From positions 4,731-68,730 of the forward strand of contig DATKTD010000340.1 in NCBI GenBank assembly GCA_035531315.1: 64,000 bases of DNA. Reading direction: 5' to 3'. Shown here piece by piece: positions 9,273 to 18,318 of this stretch. The translations under genes and the position numbers were made by a program. Position 1 is the stretch's first letter; the number at the start of each line of letters is the position of its first letter. The notes under the pieces were generated by a model. It made no database searches, was not told the origin of the DNA, and worked only from the letters and a program-made list of their open reading frames with translations. The stretch is from Rectinemataceae bacterium (GTDB taxonomy: Bacteria > Spirochaetota > Spirochaetia > Treponematales > Rectinemataceae).

Positions 9273-10271
9273 TCAGGCCATGAAAAAGAGGGCTGTCCCT
9301 CCGACGGCAATGGCCGCCCCGACGACCTCCATCGCAGCCACCCGCTGACGCATGAGTAGGATGGCGGGAGCGATGATAAGGACGGGGGTGAGGGCCATCA
9401 GGCTGCTGGCGGTTCCGACATCGGTATGCTGAAGGGCGAACAAGGAAAGGACCACGCCGAGGAAGGGGCCGACGATGGAGCCGGCGGCGATGCGCATGGC
9501 CGCGCTCCGGTCCCGGAGTGCTTCGACGAAGACCTCGCGCCCGCGCCTGAGGATCAGTGCTTGCAAACCGAAACCCACGATGGCCGCGAGAACCCTGATC
9601 TGCGTGGCGGGGATCGCGCCGATGTCCGCGAGCCCCAGCTTGGATGTCACGAGGCCAAGGGCCTGGAAGACCGTCGAAAGGAAGGCGAAGACGTAGCCTT
9701 TGAGCTGCTGGCCCTCGCGGCTCCGCCTCCCGCCGACCCTGGCGACCGCCAGGTTCTCCGCCCCGGAATGGGGGCTCGCGACCGCCCCCGGTGCCTCCGC
9801 CCGGACCCTTTCCCCCGCCTCGGTCCGGGCCTTCGACGCGTTGCGCGCGATCACGAGGATGGTGATCCCCGAGACCACCGCGCCCATCCCCGCGAGGGAA
9901 CGAGCCTGCATCGCCTGTCCAAGGACGAGATAGCCGAAACCGGCCGCGAACAAGGGCGTCAGGGCCTGGAAGACGACGGTTACCCTCGAGCCGATCAGCA
10001 CATAGGCGTTGAAGAGGAAGTAGTCCGAGATCACGAAACCGATGAAGCCCGAGAGGGCCAGGAAGCGCCACGACGCGGCGGAAGCGTCGAGGGGCAGGGG
10101 GGAGCCCCGGATAAGGAGGCCGGAGAGGGCGAGGAGGAAGAAGGCGATCGTCACCTTCCAGAAATTGACCGCGAGGGCGCCTACCCGCTTCGAGGCTCCC
10201 TCGAAGGCGATGGCCGAAGCCGTCCAGAATACCGCCGTGCCAAATGCCGCGAAGGCGCCGAGTCTTTCCAT
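9273..10271 (-). CDS. EamA/DMT-family transporter
   Basis: Track ORF 9273..10331, trimmed to ATG 10271 (MERLGAFAAFGTAVFWTASAIAF). It has two 5-TM EamA-like halves joined by a charged linker. Confidence 0.8.
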   Translation of the reverse strand: MERLGAFAAFGTAVFWTASAIAFEGASKRVGALAVNFWKVTIAFFLLALSGLLIRGSPLPLDASAASWRFLALSGFIGFVISDYFLFNAYVLIGSRVTVVFQALTPLFAAGFGYLVLGQAMQARSLAGMGAVVSGITILVIARNASKARTEAGERVRAEAPGAVASPHSGAENLAVARVGGRRSREGQQLKGYVFAFLSTVFQALGLVTSKLGLADIGAIPATQIRVLAAIVGFGLQALILRRGREVFVEALRDRSAAMRIAAGSIVGPFLGVVLSLFALQHTDVGTASSLMALTPVLIIAPAILLMRQRVAAMEVVGAAIAVGGTALFFMA

Positions 10272-10382
10272 TGTGCGGCACTCTATCCCGAATGCCCCCG
10301 CCCTGCCCAGTTCGATTTGACTTCGAGCCATGGTCGCTCTATGTTTTCACTAAAGGGGACAGAGGTTCCCGGGGAGGCCGCA

Positions 10383-11207
10383 ATGGCAGTTTTCACGATA
10401 GCGCGCCAGTTCGCCGCCCTCGGCGATGAAGTCGCCCAGGAACTCGTCAAGCTGACCGGATATCGTCTCGTGGATCGCGAGTCCCTCGAAAAGCGCCTCG
10501 GCGATTTCGGCATCGACGCCGACAAGCGGCGCAAGTACGACGAGAAAAAGCCGGGCCTATGGGCCTCCCTGTCCCAGGAGCGGGACGATTACCTCCACTA
10601 TCTAAAGACGGCGATATTCGAGGAGGCGGGCAAGGGCGATTGCATCATCGTCGGCAGAGGAGGCTCGGCCATCCTCAAGAGCCTGCGCAACCTCGTGTCG
10701 ATCCGCGTCGTCGCCCCCCTATCCTCCCGCATCCGCCGCGTGATGGAACAGTACGCCTGCAACGAGCGCCACGCCCTCCAGCTCATCGAACAGAGCGACC
10801 GCGACAGGTCGGGCTTCCAGAAGTACTTCTTCTCAGTCGACTGGGCCGATCCCAGCGAATACTCCCTCTGCGTCACGATGGGCGATCGGCCACTCCCCGC
10901 CGAGGCCGTTGCCATCTTCGACGACTATCGCCGTCGCGTCATCGGGGCGGAGGCAGAGGTCGAGGGTCGCGCGCGCATCGCCGAACTCGTCCTGGGTCAG
11001 AAGGTCGTCACCGAGATCGTCTACGGCAGACGTCTGCCCCTCCACTTCCTCGAGGCCGACGTACGGGGAGGCCGCGTCATCCTCCATGGCGTTTCCAACA
11101 CCCAGACTGCCATCGAGGCCGCCATCGGCGCCGCCCGCTCCGTCCCCGGTGTCGACGAGGTCGAGAGCGCCATCCAGGTCGTGCAGGAATTCACCGTAAT
11201 GCCCTGA
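10383..11207 (+). CDS. cytidylate-kinase-like family protein with C-terminal BON domain
   Basis: This is the real 3' part of track ORF 9426..11207; upstream of 10383 that ORF is antisense to the EamA gene. It starts MAVFTIARQFAALGDEVAQELVKLTGYRLVDRESLEK, with a degenerate P-loop. The C-terminus VILHGVSNTQTAIEAAIGAARSVPGVDEVESAIQV is BON-like. Confidence 0.55.
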   Translation: MAVFTIARQFAALGDEVAQELVKLTGYRLVDRESLEKRLGDFGIDADKRRKYDEKKPGLWASLSQERDDYLHYLKTAIFEEAGKGDCIIVGRGGSAILKSLRNLVSIRVVAPLSSRIRRVMEQYACNERHALQLIEQSDRDRSGFQKYFFSVDWADPSEYSLCVTMGDRPLPAEAVAIFDDYRRRVIGAEAEVEGRARIAELVLGQKVVTEIVYGRRLPLHFLEADVRGGRVILHGVSNTQTAIEAAIGAARSVPGVDEVESAIQVVQEFTVMP

Positions 11208-11319
11208 TCGGCCTTCGCCCCCCCAGCGCGACGTCGTGCCGGGCCCAGCGCTTCACGCCCTTCTCGTTGCCTCGACCTCCCGTGGACACCCGCCCCCCCC
11301 GCCGCGTACTATCCCCCCC

Positions 11320-12048
11320 ATGCGACGCATCACCGGCTTCCACGCCATCGAGGAACTCTTCCGTTCGGGCAAGGCCATCCACGGCCGCCTTCTCATTTCG
11401 GGCTCGGGGCCGCGGATAAAGGCCATCCTCGAGATGGCCGCCAAGCAGGTCGTGCCCATCGCCCGCCTTTCCCAGGCGGAACTCGATCGCCTCGCCCCCG
11501 ACAACCGCGGCGTCGCCTTCGAGACCGACAGCTCCCAGAACCCGGCCGAGGCCGACCTCGACGAGTTCCTTTCGGAGGCCGAGGATCTCGAGGAAAGCCT
11601 CGTGCTCATCCTCGACCATATCGAGGATCCACAGAACTTCGGTGCCGTCCTTCGCTCGGCCGACGTATTCGCCTGCGACCTCGTGATCGCCCCCAAGCGC
11701 CGCGCCGCCCCCCTCTCCGAGGCGGCGGTCCGCGCCTCGGCCGGCGCCGCGGCCCACGTCCCCCTCGCCTGGGTGCCCAACCTCGCCGAGGCCCTTCGCC
11801 GCCTCAAGAAGGCCGGCTATTGGAGCTACGCGGCGGACATGGGCGGCGATCCCCTCCCGGAGGCCGAGCTTCCCCCCAAGACCGTCCTCGTCATGGGCAA
11901 CGAGGGCGAAGGCGTGTCGAAGCTCGTGCGCGAGCAATGCGACGGGAGCCTCGCCATACCCCAGGCGGGACACGTCGATTCCCTCAACGTGTCCGCGGCC
12001 ACGGCCGTCATGCTCTACGAGTACCGGAGGGGCCGCCCCGCGCGCTGA
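11320..12048 (+). CDS. rlmB: TrmH/SpoU-family 23S rRNA 2'-O-ribose methyltransferase (RlmB-like)
   Basis: Track ORF 11236..12048, trimmed to ATG 11320 (MRRITGFHAIEELFRSGK). Motifs: LDHIEDPQNFGAVLRSA, VLVMGNEGEGVS, IPQAGHVDSLNVSAATAVMLYE. Confidence 0.85.
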   Translation: MRRITGFHAIEELFRSGKAIHGRLLISGSGPRIKAILEMAAKQVVPIARLSQAELDRLAPDNRGVAFETDSSQNPAEADLDEFLSEAEDLEESLVLILDHIEDPQNFGAVLRSADVFACDLVIAPKRRAAPLSEAAVRASAGAAAHVPLAWVPNLAEALRRLKKAGYWSYAADMGGDPLPEAELPPKTVLVMGNEGEGVSKLVREQCDGSLAIPQAGHVDSLNVSAATAVMLYEYRRGRPAR

Positions 12049-12154
12049 GGCCGGGCGGCCTGGCGCCGACGGGGAATCTCGCCGGCGCCGACAAGAAGTC
12101 CCGCCGGGAGCGGCGCGGCGCCCCCGCCTCGCGCGGCGCCCTAAAGATCCCGCT

Positions 12155-13933
12155 TCAATACGGCCCGAAGTGCCGGATCGTCGCGAGGCTCGCGGCGTCG
12201 AGCGAGAGGAAGCCTCCGCCCGCCGCCTGCGCGACGATGCCATCGGCCCCCTTCACCATGAAGGTGAGGGGGTTGACCGCGTCCTTCGAGCGGGCCGTCT
12301 CCTTCAGATCGCTCCCGAATCTTCCCAAATAGTACTTTCCGTCGCCCGCCTTGATCACGGCATAATAGGCCCCGTCAATCTTGGCCACCAGGCTTTCGGG
12401 ATGGATGTCGACCGAGCTTTCGGCCACCTTGGCGAGACTCTTCCTGTCGAGGGCGACGAGGCGCACCGCCCCCGTCCCCCCCTCCTTGCCGGCGACCGCT
12501 ACGATGAGGCTTCCGTCGTCCACGATGGACCGCGAACGGATGCTGTTCAGGGTCGAGGCGCGGATGAGGGCCCCGGTCGTGGTGTCGACGAAATCGAGGC
12601 GCGCGAAGGGATAACCCGCGTCGACGATCTCGAAGAGGAGGATGCCCGCCGACTCGGCGGCGTTCGCCACGGCCACCTGCCCCGCTATCGCCGCGTTCTG
12701 GTCGGTGGCTATCGACTTCCTGTCGGCGGCGATTTCGGCCTGCTTCGAAGCCGCGGCCGCATCGGCCTTCTGGGCCTCGGCTGTCTTGGCAGCCTCCGTG
12801 GCCTGGGCCGTGTCGAGGGCCTTCTGCGCGTTGGCGACATTTTGCTCCGCGGCAGCGACGGCCGGCGTGGTGACGCTTGCCTGTTGAGCCTGTCCCTGGG
12901 GCGTGGCTGCCGGCGTCGCCGGGGCCGGGACCGTCGGGGCCGCGGCGGGAGGCGCCGCTGTCGTGGCCGCCGCCCCGGCCTGGGCAGTCTGGGCGGCAGG
13001 GGCCTGCGGCGTGGCGGACGGGGCGGCAGGCCCAGGAGCGGCTGCTTGGGCCGCCGGCGCCGCTGCTTGGGCCGCGGCGAGGTCCTTTTGCGCCTGGGCT
13101 AGCTGGGCCTTGGCGGCCTCGGCCTGGGCTGCGGCGGCGGCCGCCTCCTCCTTGGCCTTCGCTGCCTGGTCCTGGGACTGCGCGACTTCCTTTTGCTTGA
13201 TATCGACAAGGGCCTGGCGATCGGGAATGCCGCCGCCCTGCTCCGTCTTCATCCCCTGGGTGACCTCCTGGCCGGAGATCGTGCCCGTCGAAACGGCACC
13301 CGCAGCCCCGGGCTTGGCCCCCGAACTCAGGGGTATCAGGATGCGCGTCTTCCCCGGCCACTCGTCCCACTTCGTCGCGAGGCCGGCATTGTCGGGAGAG
13401 AGCTGAGCCAGCACCACGGCCTTGTACTTGGCGCTCAAATAGGCCATGTCCCCGCGATGGACGGCGTTATATACCGTGATGAACACGGAGAGGGTGGCGG
13501 CGTCGGCCCTGGAGTAGCCCCAGGCCTTCTCGAGATAGCCGGCGACGATACGTCGAACGTTGTCGATGTGATCGACCACGGCGTCCTTGCCTATCACGAT
13601 GATGTCCGCGTCGAGGCCGGCCTCGATCGAGGGGTCCACAGCCCTGATGACCGCGTAGCGGTCGAGGTCGCCCGCCCGAGCGATCGCCTGGCCCGGCGCC
13701 CCGATGGCGGTGGCTAGGCCCAGGCCGATGCCCCGGATCTCCGCGGCACTCTGCACGATGGACTGGGGACCCTCGTAATTCACGAAGCTGATCTTCGCCT
13801 CGCGCGTCGACTCGATTTCGCTCTTTGCCACATCCAGGGCGGAAAGTCCCAGGAGGGGAAGGATCGCCAGAAGGATCGTGGCGGCCGCGCGCGGCCCTCG
13901 ATCGCGATATGTCCGTCTGTTGCTGAAGTTCAC
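12155..13933 (-). CDS. P83/100-family secreted protein with A/P/Q-rich central linker
   Basis: GTG start at 13933 with AGGAGG 6 nt upstream, followed by a signal peptide. The N-terminal domain (ISFVNYEGPQSIVQSAAEIRGIG...RYAVIRAVDP...DIIVIGKDAVVDHIDNVRRIVAGYLEKAWGYSRADAATLSVFITVYNAVHR) resembles the spirochaetal P83/100 antigen family, from memory. The low-complexity AAQAAAPAA region lies at about 12880-13200. Confidence 0.7.
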   Translation of the reverse strand: MNFSNRRTYRDRGPRAAATILLAILPLLGLSALDVAKSEIESTREAKISFVNYEGPQSIVQSAAEIRGIGLGLATAIGAPGQAIARAGDLDRYAVIRAVDPSIEAGLDADIIVIGKDAVVDHIDNVRRIVAGYLEKAWGYSRADAATLSVFITVYNAVHRGDMAYLSAKYKAVVLAQLSPDNAGLATKWDEWPGKTRILIPLSSGAKPGAAGAVSTGTISGQEVTQGMKTEQGGGIPDRQALVDIKQKEVAQSQDQAAKAKEEAAAAAAQAEAAKAQLAQAQKDLAAAQAAAPAAQAAAPGPAAPSATPQAPAAQTAQAGAAATTAAPPAAAPTVPAPATPAATPQGQAQQASVTTPAVAAAEQNVANAQKALDTAQATEAAKTAEAQKADAAAASKQAEIAADRKSIATDQNAAIAGQVAVANAAESAGILLFEIVDAGYPFARLDFVDTTTGALIRASTLNSIRSRSIVDDGSLIVAVAGKEGGTGAVRLVALDRKSLAKVAESSVDIHPESLVAKIDGAYYAVIKAGDGKYYLGRFGSDLKETARSKDAVNPLTFMVKGADGIVAQAAGGGFLSLDAASLATIRHFGPY

Positions 13934-13951
13934 GATTCCTCCTCGGGCTTT

Positions 13952-15661
13952 TCAATCCATCTGCTGGGCGCGCACGAGGCGCCCGAGGACCGCACGGGCC
14001 CGGACGCTCACCGCGTTCGGGAAGGGCGGCCCGGAAAGGGCCATGAGCGAACGGACGACGGCGATCGAGGGACTCGCTCCCGAACCGAGGGCCTGCGACT
14101 CGATCGCGTCGACGAGGGCCCAGGCCACCTCATCGTCGAGATGCCCGCCCCATCCGCCGAGGGCGAGGGCGGGAGCGGCCAGGCCATCGGGATCGACGCC
14201 GATCGCGCCGATGGCCTCGAGTGCCGCGGCCCTGACGGCGGAATCCTCCCCCGAGACGGCGATGTCGGCCAGAGCCCCGAGGGCGGCGGGAGAGCCGATC
14301 TCGCCAAGGACCCGGCAGGCCTCGACACGGGGCCTCGCGAAGAGCCGGAATTTCTGTCTCGAGGCAGACTGACCGGCCGTAGACAGGCTTCCGGCGGCGA
14401 TCGCCTCGAGAATGGCCCGATCGCCCGCCTCGCTTCCCCCAATGGTAGCCGAATCGAGGCTTTTTTCAATATCGAGGACGAGGGCAAGCTGCCTATCCTC
14501 ATCCGCGGCCGAGGGATCGAAGAGCCCGAGTTCCCTGAGTGCCGAGGGATCGGAGGGACAGGCGGGCGGCCTGGTCGCCACCGCCGCGTCGAGGGGGCCC
14601 TCGTAGCGATAGGCGGCGAGCACCCAATCCTCGCCCGCGGAAAAGAGAAGACCCCCGGGCGTGAGGAGGGCGGGGGCGATCGCGTGCGAAATGCCCGCCG
14701 AGCGAAGAAGGAGGCCGGAGTTCGAATACGAGGTGGCCCTGCCCAGCCCCGTCACCACGATGCGCCCTGTCGACATGAGGACCGAGGCCTCGGCAATCGC
14801 GGTCGAAACGCCCCAGAGCCGCCGCCCCCTGCCGTCAAAGACCTCGAGATTCCCCTTTGCGTCTATCGCGGCTAGGATTCCCGCGGCCGGCCGCGCCGAT
14901 AAGGTCGAGGCAAGGGCCCGAGGCGCGGCCGCCATCGTAGCGAGGGAAAGCTCTGAGCCCGAGCCCTTCAGAAGGACAAGACGGCCGTCCTCATGGCCCA
15001 CGATAATATCGGCGCCGAAGCGCCCCAGGACCGAGACGGCCGAGCCCTCCCCCGCCGGAAACAGGGCCTTCTTTTCGCCATAAGGAGAGAGAAACAGCAG
15101 CCTCCCATCCGAAAGACCGATGAGGAAATTCCCCGAGGCGTCCAGAATTGCCGGGCAGGAGGGAGGGGTGGGAAGGGAATATCGCCAAAGCCTCCGTCCC
15201 GATGGGGCGAGACAGAGAAGACTTCTTCCGCTACCGAGGAGGTAGCGGCCGTCGGGACCGAAGGCGACGAGGTCCGGCATCTGCGATGGGTCGAGCCAGT
15301 CGCCGAGGGGAAGTCTCCACGCCAGATTCCCGGTGGCCGTGATGATGCCGAGATATGGCTGGCCTCCTCCATCGAGGAGGACGAGGGCCCTTCCGAAGGG
15401 GTCGAGGGCAAGCCAGGGCCTCGGTGAGGGAAGAGCCTGCTTCAAACGAAGTTCGCCGCCCTCGGAAAGGAGATAGAGCGAATCGTCCTCGGAGAGAAAC
15501 CAGACGGCCGCGCGGTTTCGACTCGTGTCGAGAAGGGGGGGGGCGAGGGGCCTCCCCCCCACGGATAGCCTGAAGAGGGGCGGCAGGTCCGCCGCAGATA
15601 GCGGGAGGCCGAAGGCCAGAAGACAGAGGGCTAAGGGGAGGGCCCGGAGGCTTCGCTTCAT
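13952..15661 (-). CDS. secreted beta-propeller (PQQ-like repeats) protein with C-terminal HEAT repeats
   Basis: Track ORF 13952..16837, trimmed to ATG 15661 (MKRSLRALPLALCLLAFGLPLSAADL, a signal peptide). The upstream 1.2 kb of that ORF is an R/G/P-rich alternate frame of the RNA methyltransferase gene. C-terminus: EACRVLGEIGSPAALGALADIAVSGEDSAVRAAALEAIGAIG. Confidence 0.7.
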   Translation of the reverse strand: MKRSLRALPLALCLLAFGLPLSAADLPPLFRLSVGGRPLAPPLLDTSRNRAAVWFLSEDDSLYLLSEGGELRLKQALPSPRPWLALDPFGRALVLLDGGGQPYLGIITATGNLAWRLPLGDWLDPSQMPDLVAFGPDGRYLLGSGRSLLCLAPSGRRLWRYSLPTPPSCPAILDASGNFLIGLSDGRLLFLSPYGEKKALFPAGEGSAVSVLGRFGADIIVGHEDGRLVLLKGSGSELSLATMAAAPRALASTLSARPAAGILAAIDAKGNLEVFDGRGRRLWGVSTAIAEASVLMSTGRIVVTGLGRATSYSNSGLLLRSAGISHAIAPALLTPGGLLFSAGEDWVLAAYRYEGPLDAAVATRPPACPSDPSALRELGLFDPSAADEDRQLALVLDIEKSLDSATIGGSEAGDRAILEAIAAGSLSTAGQSASRQKFRLFARPRVEACRVLGEIGSPAALGALADIAVSGEDSAVRAAALEAIGAIGVDPDGLAAPALALGGWGGHLDDEVAWALVDAIESQALGSGASPSIAVVRSLMALSGPPFPNAVSVRARAVLGRLVRAQQMD

Positions 15662-15672
15662 GGCCTGGAGGC

Positions 15673-16830
15673 TCAGGAGCCCGTTTCGGGGACGAAGCGG
15701 GCCAGCGATTCCACATGGCCCGTCTGGGGGTAAAAATCGAAGAGAACGAGGCTGTCGAGGCGATAGCCTCCCGCCACGAGCTCCTTGGCGTCGCGGGCGA
15801 GGGTGACGGGATCGCAGGACACGTAGGAGACCTGTGGCGGGCGGCTGCGAAGGATCCATGACCTGAGCGCCGGACTCAAGCCGCTGCGGGGCGGATCGAC
15901 GACGAGACTGTCGAAGCGGGCCCTCGCGCCTGGGCCTCGGCACCACTCGTCCACCGACTGCGCGTGCCATTGATGGACGGGACCGACGACATTCTTCCTG
16001 GCTTCGGCCAGGGACCTCGCGTCCTGCTCGACCATGACGACCCTGGCTCCTCCCTTCGCGAGGAAGTGGCCGAAAAGCCCCACCCCCGCGTAAAGATCGG
16101 CCGCCGTCCCTCCCTCGATGCCCGCGAGGGCGGCCTCGACCAGTTCGCCCAGAATGCCCAGATTGGACTGGAAAAAGGCCTCTATGTCGAAGAAGATCCG
16201 CTCGCCCAGAACTCCCACCGAAACCCGCCGATGCCTTCCCTCCAGGTAAGAGGCCCCTTCGGCCCCGTACACGATGAAGCGCGTGGCGTTTCCGATAAAA
16301 GGCCGGAGCTCCTCGCGGAGCGGCCCCCCGTGTTCGGCCAACCAGGTCTCGATCGCCGGATCGGCGATCGGGCAGGAAGCCACGGCGACGAGCTCCTCCG
16401 AATCCCTTTTCATGTAACCTACTCGACCCTGGCCGTCGAGATGGAACTGGACCCGATTCCGGTAGCCATAGGGTTTGGAGGCTACGATGCGGGGCAGGCC
16501 GGGATCGAAGCCCGCGCCACGCCGGAAAATTTCGCGGACGAAGGCCTGCTTTGCCGCAAGTTGGGCGGAATAGCCGGCGTGCTGTAGCCCGCAGCCGCCG
16601 CAAAGACCGAACAGGGGACATTCGGGATCGACCCGATCGGCGCTCGGTGCGAGTACCGCGAGGAGCTCGGCCCTCGCGTAGTCGCGACGTTCCTCGACTA
16701 TCCGGGCTTCGACCCTCTCTCCCGGCAAGACGAAGGGCACGAAGACCGCCCGGCCCTCGTGGAAGGCGATGCCCTCCCCCCCCGCTACCAGCTTTTCGAT
16801 GTCGAGCGTGACGCGTCCATCCCCAGCCAT
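15673..16830 (-). CDS. TRAM-domain 23S rRNA (uracil-5)-methyltransferase, RumA/RlmD family
   Basis: Track ORF 15673..17013, trimmed to ATG 16830 (MAGDGRVTLDIEKLVAGGEGIAFHEGRAVFVPFVLPGERVEARI, TRAM). Fe-S cysteines CPLFGLCGGCGLQH. DPPRSGL. Catalytic YVSCDPVTLARD. Confidence 0.88.
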   Translation of the reverse strand: MAGDGRVTLDIEKLVAGGEGIAFHEGRAVFVPFVLPGERVEARIVEERRDYARAELLAVLAPSADRVDPECPLFGLCGGCGLQHAGYSAQLAAKQAFVREIFRRGAGFDPGLPRIVASKPYGYRNRVQFHLDGQGRVGYMKRDSEELVAVASCPIADPAIETWLAEHGGPLREELRPFIGNATRFIVYGAEGASYLEGRHRRVSVGVLGERIFFDIEAFFQSNLGILGELVEAALAGIEGGTAADLYAGVGLFGHFLAKGGARVVMVEQDARSLAEARKNVVGPVHQWHAQSVDEWCRGPGARARFDSLVVDPPRSGLSPALRSWILRSRPPQVSYVSCDPVTLARDAKELVAGGYRLDSLVLFDFYPQTGHVESLARFVPETGS

Positions 16831-16965
16831 GGCCCAAGCCTCCCCTTCATGTATCGACGCGATGATCGGTAGATCCCAGCCTAATCGGCGGACCCAGCGG
16901 CCGCTCCCGAGGCTGCCGCGACGGGTCCGGGCGCCGTTCACGCGCTTCCAACATCGCTCTTTGTC

Positions 16966-16994
16966 TTCACACTCCGCGGAAATGGCCCTATAAT
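16966..16994 (+). promoter_or_regulatory. sigma-70-type promoter of tdh
   Basis: TTCACA (16966-16971), a 17-nt spacer, then TATAAT (16989-16994). AAGGAG is at 17002-17007 and the ATG at 17013. Confidence 0.55.
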
Positions 16995-17012
16995 CGGCCT
17001 CAAGGAGATTCA

Positions 17013-18035
17013 ATGAAAGCCCTCGTCAAACGAGTGCCCGGAGAAGGCATTTGGATGGAAGACGTCCCGATGCCCACGGTGGGGCTCTCGGATATATTGA
17101 TCAAAGTAAAGAAGACGGCGATCTGCGGCACCGATGTCCACATCTATCAGTGGAACGAATGGGCCCAGCGCACCATAAAGACCCCCATGGTCATCGGCCA
17201 CGAATTCGTCGGCGAAATCGTCGAAATCGGCAAGGACGTCAAGGGCTGGAAGGTCGGCGAGCGCGTCTCCGCCGAGGGCCACGTCGTCTGCGGCGAATGC
17301 CGCGCCTGCAAGGCCGGCAAGCGCCACCTCTGCCCCAACACCAAGGGCATCGGCGTCAACCGTCAGGGCTGCTTCGCCGAGTACGTTTCGGTACCCGCCA
17401 CCAACGTCTGGAAGGTCCACCCCTCCGTGCCCGACGACATCGCCGCCATCTTCGACCCCTACGGCAACGCCACCCACACCGCCCTCTCCTTCGACGTCGA
17501 CGGCGAGGACGTCCTCGTCACCGGCGCCGGCCCCATCGGCATCATGGCCGCAGCCATCGCCCGCCACAACGGGGCGCGCAACGTGGTCCTCACCGACGTT
17601 AATGACTGGCGCCTCGGCCTGGCCCGCAAGCTCGGCATCGAGAGCACCGTCAACGTGACCAAGCAGAGCCTCAAGGACGTCATGGACGGACTCGGTATGG
17701 TCGGCGGCTTCGATGTCGGTCTCGAAATGTCCGGCAGCCCCCAGGCCTTCGCCCAGATGCTCGACAGCATGTACAACGGCGGCCGCGTCGCCATGCTCGG
17801 CCTCATGCCCAACGGCGCCGGCATCGACTGGGACAAGGTCATCTTCAAAGGCCTCTTCATCAAGGGCATCTACGGCCGCGAAATCTTCGAGACCTGGTAC
17901 AAGATGGAAGCCATGATCCGAAGCGGCCTCGACATCTCCCCCATCATCACCCACCGCTACGCCTTCGACGACTTCCAGAAAGGCTTCGACGCGATGGTCA
18001 GCGGAGAATCCGGCAAGGTCGTGTTGAGTTTCTGA
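17013..18035 (+). CDS. tdh: L-threonine 3-dehydrogenase
   Basis: [21 protein letters not shown]..., [49 protein letters not shown]. Length 340 aa. Confidence 0.95.
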   Translation: MKALVKRVPGEGIWMEDVPMPTVGLSDILIKVKKTAICGTDVHIYQWNEWAQRTIKTPMVIGHEFVGEIVEIGKDVKGWKVGERVSAEGHVVCGECRACKAGKRHLCPNTKGIGVNRQGCFAEYVSVPATNVWKVHPSVPDDIAAIFDPYGNATHTALSFDVDGEDVLVTGAGPIGIMAAAIARHNGARNVVLTDVNDWRLGLARKLGIESTVNVTKQSLKDVMDGLGMVGGFDVGLEMSGSPQAFAQMLDSMYNGGRVAMLGLMPNGAGIDWDKVIFKGLFIKGIYGREIFETWYKMEAMIRSGLDISPIITHRYAFDDFQKGFDAMVSGESGKVVLSF

Positions 18036-18074
18036 CCGCATCGGAGCTTCGCGTCGAAGGGCTTTGATTCGGTC

Positions 18075-18100
18075 GCCCGCCGAAAGGCGGGCATTTCAAT
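18075..18100 (+). terminator. GC hairpin with GAAA loop downstream of tdh
   Basis: GCCCGCC-GAAA-GGCGGGC (18075-18092) followed by ATTTCAAT. The T-tract is weak. Confidence 0.45.
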
Positions 18101-18134
18101 CCATTCCCTGCCGTACAAGGCGCGGAGCGCCTTA

Positions 18135-18179
18135 CGCGATGATCTCCGGAGAGTCCGGCAAGGTCGTACTGAGCCTCTG
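18135..18179 (+). pseudogene. relic second copy of the last 14 codons plus stop of tdh
   Basis: gcgatgatctccggagagtccggcaaggtcgtactgagcctctga aligns without gaps to tdh 17991-18035 (gcgatggtcagcggagaatccggcaaggtcgtgttgagtttctga), matching at 37 of 45 positions by my count. It encodes [13 protein letters not shown] versus [13 protein letters not shown]. Confidence 0.6.
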
Positions 18180-18318
18180 ATCGGGCCTTCCACCGCGCGC
18201 CCCTACGATTGCGCGCGCGGGGATTTTCGCTCCGATCCCAAACGCTCCGCTAGGCTAGGCCTGCGGTCCCTCCGCCCACCTATTTTTCCTTTTCGTTTCA
18301 TGCTACAGTTTTTGGACC

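Noticed and set aside
9426-10382. 5' two-thirds of the 593-aa ORF 9426..11207
   Set aside because: It is antisense to the EamA transporter. Protein-like sequence begins only at ATG 10383.
15662-16837. N-terminal 392 codons of the 961-aa ORF 13952..16837
   Set aside because: It is an alternate frame of the RumA-type methyltransferase gene on the same strand and is R/G/P/S-rich. A proper signal peptide and start (MKRSLRAL) occur at 15661, 12 nt after the methyltransferase stop.
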